A DNA stretch of 64,000 nucleotides from assembly GCA_937879955.1 (NCBI GenBank), contig CALFMK010000001.1:201578-265577 (forward strand). The letters are read 5' to 3'. Source of the stretch: an uncultured bacterium. GTDB taxonomy: Bacteria; Patescibacteriota; Minisyncoccia; Phycocordibacterales; Phycocordibacteraceae. The notes under the pieces are model-generated. The model was given only the letters and a program-made list of their open reading frames with translations, was not told the origin of the DNA and did no database searches. A program made the translations under genes and the position numbers. Shown piece after piece: positions 18,915-24,579 of the stretch; the stretch's first letter is position 1, and each line of letters opens with the position of its first letter.

Positions 18915-18942
18915 GTGCACGGCGCGTACGCGCGCCGTGCAC
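18915..18942. repeat. GC-rich inverted repeat (12-bp arms, 4-nt spacer) in parB upstream / tRNA-Leu upstream region
   Basis: GTGCACGGCGCG-TACG-CGCGCCGTGCAC, perfect arms. Confidence 0.6.
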
Positions 18943-18983
18943 AACCGTTCGGGGAGCCGAGGGTACGCCCTCGCCCCGAATAT

Positions 18984-19065
18984 GCCGGGGTGGCGGAGTT
19001 GGTATACGCGGCGGATTCAAAACCCGCTCCCGCAAGGGTCGAGGGTTCGAGCCCCTCCCCCGGCA
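18984..19065 (+). tRNA. tRNA-Leu (anticodon CAA), class II long variable arm, no encoded CCA
   Basis: GCCGGGG acceptor pairs with CCCCGGC. Anticodon loop TTCAAAA as in E. coli Leu-CAA. T-arm GAGGG-TTCGAGC-CCCTC. Frame anchored to ORF track 18891..19262. Confidence 0.85.
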
Positions 19066-19094
19066 CAACCGATTTAAATATTCTAAAGCTGTGT

Positions 19095-19100
19095 TATAAT
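19095..19100 (+). promoter_or_regulatory. -10 TATAAT box upstream of small basic ORF
   Basis: gtgttataat about 24 nt upstream of ATG 19125; AGGAGG SD at 19114-19119. Confidence 0.4.
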
Positions 19101-19124
19101 AGGCTCGATCAAGCAGGAGGGCCA

Positions 19125-19262
19125 ATGATCAAGTTCTTTGTGCGCACCATGAGGGCATGGCGCAAGTACCGCTCCCAGAGGAAGCGGATGACACGGAAAT
19201 TCTGTCCGGACAGGTTCAACAGGAATCTCACCCGAACAACGCAAGACCGCACCGTGGCCTGA
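19125..19262 (+). CDS. small highly basic protein (45 aa)
   Basis: MIKFFVRTMRAWRKYRSQRKRMTRKFCPDRFNRNLTRTTQDRTVA. Perfect SD AGGAGG 6 nt upstream, TATAAT upstream, intrinsic terminator downstream. Confidence 0.5.
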   Translation: MIKFFVRTMRAWRKYRSQRKRMTRKFCPDRFNRNLTRTTQDRTVA

Positions 19263-19285
19263 ACGGCCGCTACGCGATGCGCTCA

Positions 19286-19322
19286 CGCCCGGCTGATTCT
19301 TCAGCCGGGCGTTCACTTTTTA
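19286..19322 (+). terminator. Rho-independent terminator
   Basis: cgcccggctga-ttct-tcagccgggcg then ttcactttttactg. Confidence 0.6.
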
Positions 19323-19349
19323 CTGCATCATTGCCGCTTCGTATTCCGT

Positions 19350-19547
19350 TTGATACGCTACCTCTTCCCGCTATCACAGGAGCTTCCAGTAATGCTGTTT
19401 GGTGCGTTCTCTACCGTTCTGCTCCCTCTGACCTTCGGAGCGATCCTTGGTCCCCTTCCCGCTGACTCGGACGACCCGTCCGAGTGCGAGCACGGCTCAG
19501 GGATCGAATGGGCGGCTGTAAACCTCACATCCAAGAAGGAGCCCTGA
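19350..19547 (+). CDS. small protein with N-terminal hydrophobic helix and acidic tail (65 aa)
   Basis: MIRYLFPLSQELPVMLFGAFSTVLLPLTFGAILGPLP...; AGGAG SD 8 nt upstream of ATG. Confidence 0.4.
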   Translation: MIRYLFPLSQELPVMLFGAFSTVLLPLTFGAILGPLPADSDDPSECEHGSGIEWAAVNLTSKKEP

Positions 19548-19554
19548 TACGGGC

Positions 19555-19590
19555 AAGGGCCGTCGCGATGCGACGGCCCTTTTTGCTTTC
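19555..19590. terminator. bidirectional Rho-independent terminator (small ORF / peroxiredoxin)
   Basis: aagggccgtcgc-gatg-cgacggccctt followed by tttgctttc. Confidence 0.6.
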
Positions 19591-19597
19591 TTCGCCC

Positions 19598-20260
19598 TTA
19601 GATCTTGCCGACGAGGTCCATGCCCGGCTCGAGCGTGTCGTCTCCCGGCTCCCACGATGCCGGACATACCTGCCCTGCATGGCTCTCGACGAACTGCGCC
19701 GCCTGGAGCTTGCGGAGGGTCTCCTTCGCCGCGCGGCCGATGCTGTTATCGTTCACCTCCATGGCGCGGAGCGTGCCGGACGGGTCGACGATGAAGGTGC
19801 CGCGGAGCGCGAGGCCCTCGTCCGGGACGAACGGGAGGTCGCCGCCCTCGATGAGCACGCCGAACGCGTCCGCGATCTTGCCGGTCGGGTCAGCGCCCAT
19901 CGGGAAGGCGATCTTCTTGATCGCCTCCGAGGTATCGTGCCACGCCTTGTGCACGAAGACGGTGTCGGTCGAGAAGGACACGACCTCGGTATTGATCGCC
20001 TGCATCTTCGGGTAGAGCAGGGCCATCTCCTCGAGCTCCGTCGGGCAGACGAACGTGAAGTCCGCCGGATAGAACATCACGACGAGCCACTTGCCGCGGA
20101 AGTCCGAGAACTTCATCATCCGCACGTCGTCCTTGTGATAGGCCTCGAACTCGTAGTCAGGCACGGTCTCGCCGACCCGCACGCTCGACCGGTACTCGCG
20201 GAACGGATCATGGAAATCCCCGCACTCGCCGCAATAGTTGCTTTTCTGTTCCTTGTTCAT
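19598..20260 (-). CDS. 2-Cys peroxiredoxin (AhpC/TSA family) with N-terminal Cys-containing extension
   Basis: FTFVCPTE peroxidatic Cys motif and resolving Cys in QVCPASW. Extra N-terminal NYCGECGDFHD segment. Confidence 0.85.
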   Translation of the reverse strand: MNKEQKSNYCGECGDFHDPFREYRSSVRVGETVPDYEFEAYHKDDVRMMKFSDFRGKWLVVMFYPADFTFVCPTELEEMALLYPKMQAINTEVVSFSTDTVFVHKAWHDTSEAIKKIAFPMGADPTGKIADAFGVLIEGGDLPFVPDEGLALRGTFIVDPSGTLRAMEVNDNSIGRAAKETLRKLQAAQFVESHAGQVCPASWEPGDDTLEPGMDLVGKI

Positions 20261-20280
20261 GGTGCTGTTTCGTTACGTAG

Positions 20281-21144
20281 ATGCATGATACCATTTCGGC
20301 CATCGTGAACCGAACGGACGACCCTTCCCCCATACTGTGCGTCGTAGGCCCCACGGCCTCCGGCAAGTCCGCGCGCGCGGTCGCGCTCGCGAAGGAGCTC
20401 GACGGCGAGGTTATCTCCGTCGACTCCCGTCAAGTGTATCGCATGCTCGATATCGGGACCGAGAAGACGACCCTCGAAGAGATGGACGGCATCCCGCATC
20501 ATCTCATCGACATACGCGACCCGAGGGAGACCTATAGCGCGGGCGACTTCGTGAAGGACGCCGAGCGGTTGATCGAGGAGATTCGCGCCCGCGGGAAGCG
20601 CCCGATCCTCGCCGGCGGCACCCACTTCTACTTCGACGCGCTCCTCTACGGCCTTCCGGAGACCACGGAACCGGACCTCGCACTGCGCGCGGCGCTCGAG
20701 AAGCGCTCCGAGGAATCCCTCATGCAGGAGATACGCGAACGGGACCCGCGCCGAGCCGAGCGCATCGATCCGATGAACAAGCGACGCCTGGTCCGCGCGC
20801 TCGAGATAATCGCCACGCATGGCCACGTGCCCGAGCGCGACACGGCAGAAGCCCGCCATGCCGTTGAGTGGGTGGTGCTCAATCCTGAGCGCGACGAGCT
20901 CCGCGAGCGCATCGAGAAGCGCCTCGAGCGGGCGCTCGATAACGGTCTCATCGAGGAGGTGCGGAAGGTGCGCGAGTATGTCGGCGACGCACGGCTCGAC
21001 GAGCTCGGCCTCGAGTACCGCATCATCGGCGAGTACCTGCGGGACGAGCGCAGCCTCGAATCATTGCTGCCATCCCTCTCATCGAAGGTCTGGCATTACG
21101 CGCGGCATCAGAAGTCCTGGCTGCGCAGGCTCGAGGCCGCGTAG
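20281..21144 (+). CDS. miaA: tRNA dimethylallyltransferase
   Basis: P-loop VVGPTASGKSARAVALA, ISVDSRQVYR, DIGTEK are MiaA family hallmarks. Confidence 0.9.
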   Translation: MHDTISAIVNRTDDPSPILCVVGPTASGKSARAVALAKELDGEVISVDSRQVYRMLDIGTEKTTLEEMDGIPHHLIDIRDPRETYSAGDFVKDAERLIEEIRARGKRPILAGGTHFYFDALLYGLPETTEPDLALRAALEKRSEESLMQEIRERDPRRAERIDPMNKRRLVRALEIIATHGHVPERDTAEARHAVEWVVLNPERDELRERIEKRLERALDNGLIEEVRKVREYVGDARLDELGLEYRIIGEYLRDERSLESLLPSLSSKVWHYARHQKSWLRRLEAA

Positions 21145-22068
21145 CTATCGGCCCGTCGGCGACCAGTGCACCGGATCGTCCGGGATGGCGTTGCGGAAGT
21201 TCCACTTTCCCCCGTTCGCCTTCAGCCACTGGTACGCCTTCGTGTTGCAGCTGCTGTTCCCGTTCGAGCAGCCGACGTTCAGGTCGAGCGCCTGTCCGGA
21301 GTTATGGTTCGATCCTGCGCCGCCGAGCGAGCATGGCATCGCGGTGGCGACGCGGCAGGTGCCGGTGGAGACGGAGCAGCCGTTCTGGTTCCAGAGCGCG
21401 ACCTGCGCCGCGTCCGAGCGGTACGCGCTCGTCACCTTCAGGTCCACGCCGTCCTTGAGCGCTGCGGCGCGCATGTCCATGAAATTCTTGACCGTCGTAG
21501 GCGTGGCCTTGCCTGAACCGCCTATGACCACCGAAGCGTCGAACGATACCATGGTCGACTCGGCAGGGACCGGGCAGTTCGTGCCAGTGCCGCCTCCGGT
21601 GCTGCCGGACGGCGCGCCCGGGACCGCGGTGATGGAGCCGTCGAAGAGGGGCGTGGTCGGCTTCGCCTCGATGCAATTCTCTCCGGTCGCGTCGAGAAGT
21701 ATCGAGTTCCAAGGACCGAACTGCCCGCCGTAGAGCGTCTTCATCACGAAGTCCACGATGAGCCATGCCGAGAGCACGATGCAGAGCCCAACGAACGCGT
21801 TCAGGAGCATGCTGCTCGCCGTGCCGCGCATCTCGGGGTTCGTCGGGGAGAGTATGTAGAGCCCGCCTGCCCACGCGACGATGATGGTCGCCACGATGAT
21901 AGAGATGCCGATGAGGAGGTTCGAGACGTTCTGGATGATGGCGAGCACGCCGCCGAACCCGCACGGGCACACCTGGCAGACGTCCGGCACGATCGGGCCG
22001 AACTGCGCATGCGCGTAGACCGGCACGAGCATGAGGAACGCGATGATCAAGGGAAGAAATCGTCTCAT
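21145..22068 (-). CDS. fusion protein: N-terminal TrbC/VirB2-like pilin-type membrane domain plus C-terminal peptidase M15 (VanY / D-Ala-D-Ala carboxypeptidase-like) domain
   Basis: Signal peptide MRRFLPLIIAFLMLVPVYAHA. Two-helix domain GFGGVLAIIQNV...LSAWLIVDFVMKTL is paralogous to the VirB2-like array at 38589-40511. C-terminal SAYRSDAAQVALW...HNSGQALDL resembles the M15 zinc-peptidase signature (SxxRxxxxQ...HxxGxAxD). Confidence 0.6.
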   Translation of the reverse strand: MRRFLPLIIAFLMLVPVYAHAQFGPIVPDVCQVCPCGFGGVLAIIQNVSNLLIGISIIVATIIVAWAGGLYILSPTNPEMRGTASSMLLNAFVGLCIVLSAWLIVDFVMKTLYGGQFGPWNSILLDATGENCIEAKPTTPLFDGSITAVPGAPSGSTGGGTGTNCPVPAESTMVSFDASVVIGGSGKATPTTVKNFMDMRAAALKDGVDLKVTSAYRSDAAQVALWNQNGCSVSTGTCRVATAMPCSLGGAGSNHNSGQALDLNVGCSNGNSSCNTKAYQWLKANGGKWNFRNAIPDDPVHWSPTGR

Positions 22069-22070
22069 GC

Positions 22071-22640
22071 TTATGGAAGACGGAACGACCCCTGACAAAA
22101 GCTGAGGCCCAGGTTCTGATAGGCCGAGAAGGCCTCGTTCACGCTGTACGGGACCCCGACGAGGATATCGAGCGTGCAGAGCTGTGCGTCCGTGAGCTCG
22201 AGCGTGTCGCGCAGGAACGCTTCCGCGGCGAGGCGCGAGGCGCCGAGCGGCTCCTCGTTCAGCGTCACGACGAACTGCGACCCCTCCTGATTGAACTGCA
22301 CGTCGAACGCGTGCGTCGGGTACGGCTTCCCTGGCTCGTAGTCAGGATAGGGCGTGAGGTCGTACTGCAGGTTCGTGGCACCCTCGCCGATCTGGACCGA
22401 GCTCTTTCCGGTCGTGAAGTCCGGCACGTCCACGGACTCCTGGTCCGCCGTCTCGATCGTGCGCGTCGTCACCGTCGCGCCAGACGTGCCGTCGGTGAGC
22501 GATCCGAACGGATTCGTTCCGGTCGGGCTTGTAGGGACGGTGCCCGTCGACTGCCCCTGAGAGAGGAGCACGTACGCGAGCACGGCGATGCCGAGGAGTA
22601 CGAGGACGACCGCGCTGCCGATGATCACCGATGTCTTCAT
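22071..22640 (-). CDS. membrane-anchored hypothetical protein (TM, Thr/Gly-rich linker, globular C-terminal domain)
   Basis: MKTSVIIGSAVVLVLLGIAVLAYVLL... ATG at 22638-22640 overlaps the upstream gene stop (ATGA). 2-nt gap to the downstream gene start. Confidence 0.5.
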   Translation of the reverse strand: MKTSVIIGSAVVLVLLGIAVLAYVLLSQGQSTGTVPTSPTGTNPFGSLTDGTSGATVTTRTIETADQESVDVPDFTTGKSSVQIGEGATNLQYDLTPYPDYEPGKPYPTHAFDVQFNQEGSQFVVTLNEEPLGASRLAAEAFLRDTLELTDAQLCTLDILVGVPYSVNEAFSAYQNLGLSFCQGSFRLP

Positions 22641-23647
22641 AGGCCCATGATACCAAACGCGAGCGGCCGGCTTTGCATGCTGTCCGCGAGCCCGCACTTC
22701 TTCGCGGCGCCCCACGGCGACCATGTCGCATGCGCGTCGAGATAGATCTTGTGCGCGGTAGCGATGTTGTTCGCCGGATTGATGGCGGCGGCCCTGCACT
22801 TGTTATAGAGCGTAGCGTCAACGACGCGGACGCCTGACCCTGCGCCGCACGAGCTCACGGTGCAGCTCTGCTTGCTGAAAGCGGCCGGACAGTTCAGTCC
22901 GCCTATCTTGTGCGCCGTTATGTTTATCTGGAACAGGCCGAACGAGTACGGCGTGCCGTCCCCGAGCCTGTCCACGCCGCTCGGGAGGCTCGCGTTGCCG
23001 TGGCTCTCGCCATAGCAGACCCGGGAGGCATTCTCCGCCGCCGTGCCGAACACGCCAAGCGCGCTCACCGCGCAGGAGCCGCTCGTCTGCGCGAGACAGG
23101 TGCCTCCTCCCGTGCTCTTGGTGGAAGTGCCTGTTCCACTATCCTGTCCAGGAATCCAGGTGATCTTGCCGTCGAAGAGCGGCTTCGTGTCCGTAGCCGT
23201 GACGCACACGTTCCCGCCCGAGAGGATCGTATTCCACGGCCCCCAGCCCTCGAGGTTCTGGTTGTAGAGGAGCTTCATCACGAAATCCACGATGAGCCAG
23301 GCCGAGAGGATGATGAGCAGCCCTATGGCGGCGTTCGTGAGCACCTTCTTCGCCTGCGAATGGTTCTCGGGGTTCGTAGGCGTCAGGATCCAGAGGATGC
23401 CGGCGAACGCGATCACGATGACGCAGATGATGATGCCGAAGGAAACCGACGCGTTCATCAGGTTCTGGATGAGCTGCAGCACGCCGCCGAATCCGAGCGG
23501 CGCCCCTACCGGGCAGTTGCTGTCGAGATCGTGCGCTTCCGGGACGAGCTGCCAGTTCGGATCGAGGAGCGGAAGGGACTGCGCGGACGCCGCAAATGGC
23601 AGGCACAGGAGAAGCGCGAGGAGGAGCGGGGCCCAGAGCCGGTTCAT
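22637..23647 (-). CDS. fusion protein: N-terminal TrbC/VirB2-like pilin-type domain plus C-terminal lytic transglycosylase (SLT/VirB1-like lysozyme-fold) domain
   Basis: Signal peptide MNRLWAPLLLALLLCLPFAASA. N-domain GFGGVLQLIQNL...LSAWLIVDFVMKLL is paralogous to gene 21145-22068. C-terminal CYGESHGNASL...YSFGLFQINITAHK fits the SLT catalytic E-S ... GLxQI motif. Confidence 0.6.
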   Translation of the reverse strand: MNRLWAPLLLALLLCLPFAASAQSLPLLDPNWQLVPEAHDLDSNCPVGAPLGFGGVLQLIQNLMNASVSFGIIICVIVIAFAGILWILTPTNPENHSQAKKVLTNAAIGLLIILSAWLIVDFVMKLLYNQNLEGWGPWNTILSGGNVCVTATDTKPLFDGKITWIPGQDSGTGTSTKSTGGGTCLAQTSGSCAVSALGVFGTAAENASRVCYGESHGNASLPSGVDRLGDGTPYSFGLFQINITAHKIGGLNCPAAFSKQSCTVSSCGAGSGVRVVDATLYNKCRAAAINPANNIATAHKIYLDAHATWSPWGAAKKCGLADSMQSRPLAFGIMGL

Positions 23648-23749
23648 GGAATGATTGTAGCCCGGAGGACCGCAGAGGACGCGTTCTTTTCCCCTTCCCG
23701 CCTATCTGGTATCGTACGGATACGCGCCGTCCTGAGACGCTAACTGACA

Positions 23750-23820
23750 GGGTCCATAGTTTAGTGGTAGAACATCGGTCTCCAAAACCGATAGTGTAGG
23801 TTCGATTCCTACTGGGCCCG
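23750..23820 (+). tRNA. tRNA-Trp (anticodon CCA), no encoded CCA
   Basis: GGGTCCA acceptor, D-arm GTTT-AGTGGTA-GAAC, anticodon stem TCGGT/ACCGA with loop CTCCAAA, T-arm GTAGG-TTCGATT-CCTAC. Frame anchored via antisense ORF 23702..24043. Confidence 0.85.
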
Positions 23821-23995
23821 CATATAAATTAAGAAACCACGCGTAGATGCGTGGTTGAAAGTGAAGCCGTGCTCCGCTCAGTGACATTTCGACACCATTG
23901 CCTGACGACATAGTCAGAAGTGGGCATTGAGTGGCCAAGGAGTGCAAGGAACACGACTTCAGATATATCGTAGCACTAAAGACTCTTGATTTCCG

Positions 23996-24016
23996 TTCGA
24001 ATCCCGCCCCACAGGA
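23996..24016 (+). other. tRNA 3'-half-like fragment (T-loop/acceptor-like GTTCGAATCCCGCCCC)
   Basis: 16-nt identity with the T-arm/acceptor of tRNA-Leu(TAA) at 35141-35226. No complete cloverleaf could be folded around it. Confidence 0.3.
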
Positions 24017-24100
24017 CCCGCATAGCAGGAGAAAGATCCGCAAAAAGAAGCCGCCCCGGTCATGAAGACCGAGGCGGATATGTCAGGCTGGCGTACGGAT

Positions 24101-24496
24101 TCAGTCCTGTTGCTTCACGACCCCTTGTTCCAGCTGAGTGAATATGTCAGCCAGCGGGAGATGGCCAGCTCTAGGCTCTGCCTCCCTCTTCGGCTTCGAG
24201 CGTTCCATCCGAGCGAATATGTCGGCCAGAGGCAGATTGTCGGCTTCAGGTCCTACCTCCTCCGGCTTCAATTGTTCCAGCTGAGTGAATATGTCATTGA
24301 GCGGAAGAGGGCCGGCTTGAACCGCTGCCTCCTCCCTCGGTATCGATTGTTCCGGCTGATCCACTATCTCAGCCTGCGGCAAAGGGTGGCCCATCGATTC
24401 AATGCAGAGCATATCCACCCTAGACGGAAAGGTCTTGTAGTCAAAATCAGACGGTAGACCGATGCGCTTACAGAGAGTGTCAATGTCACTAACCAT
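24101..24496 (-). CDS. acidic repeat protein (3-4 tandem LPLADIFTQLEQ-type repeats), unknown function
   Basis: Four degenerate ~75-nt tandem DNA repeats. Protein repeats GPLPLNDIFTQLEQ / DNLPLADIFARMER / GHLPLADIFTQLEQ. Strong promoter and SD upstream. Confidence 0.55.
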   Translation of the reverse strand: MVSDIDTLCKRIGLPSDFDYKTFPSRVDMLCIESMGHPLPQAEIVDQPEQSIPREEAAVQAGPLPLNDIFTQLEQLKPEEVGPEADNLPLADIFARMERSKPKREAEPRAGHLPLADIFTQLEQGVVKQQD

Positions 24497-24516
24497 AGAG
24501 TAAGGTCCTCTTTTCT

Positions 24517-24551
24517 AGTATACATTATAGACTATAATGTATATATGTCAA
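24517..24551 (-). promoter_or_regulatory. consensus sigma70-type promoter (-35 TTGACA, 16-nt spacer, -10 TATAAT) overlapped by a 12-bp perfect palindrome
   Basis: Minus strand reads TTGACA-tatatacattatagtc-TATAAT ... AAAGAGGA ... ATG(24496). Palindrome TATACATTATAG-A-CTATAATGTATA at 24519-24543 spans spacer and -10. Confidence 0.6.
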
Positions 24552-24579
24552 TACTCTCGGCCTTGCCGTCCTCTCGCGG

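Noticed and set aside
18915-18942. Canonical parS site
   Set aside because: Sequence does not match the Firmicutes/Proteobacteria parS consensus. Reported only as a candidate operator or divergent centromere-like repeat.
23648-23749. Leaderless transcription of the pilin-hydrolase operon (TACAAT 6 nt upstream of ATG 23647)
   Set aside because: Single hexamer match without -35 support. Mentioned inside the operon finding but not called as a promoter feature.
23930-24027. Candidate additional tRNA (including tRNA-Sec-like length) around the GTTCGAATCC motif
   Set aside because: No acceptor/D/anticodon/T cloverleaf could be folded; only a T-loop/acceptor-like 16-mer is present. Treated as a tRNA 3'-fragment or scar.
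24120-24410. Possible CRISPR-like array (24-nt direct repeats TTGTTCCAGCTGAGTGAATATGTC spaced ~70-75 nt apart)
   Set aside because: Only two identical copies plus two degenerate ones. The units are in frame with a promoter- and SD-equipped ORF and translate to a protein-level repeat. No cas genes nearby. Interpreted as a coding tandem repeat.
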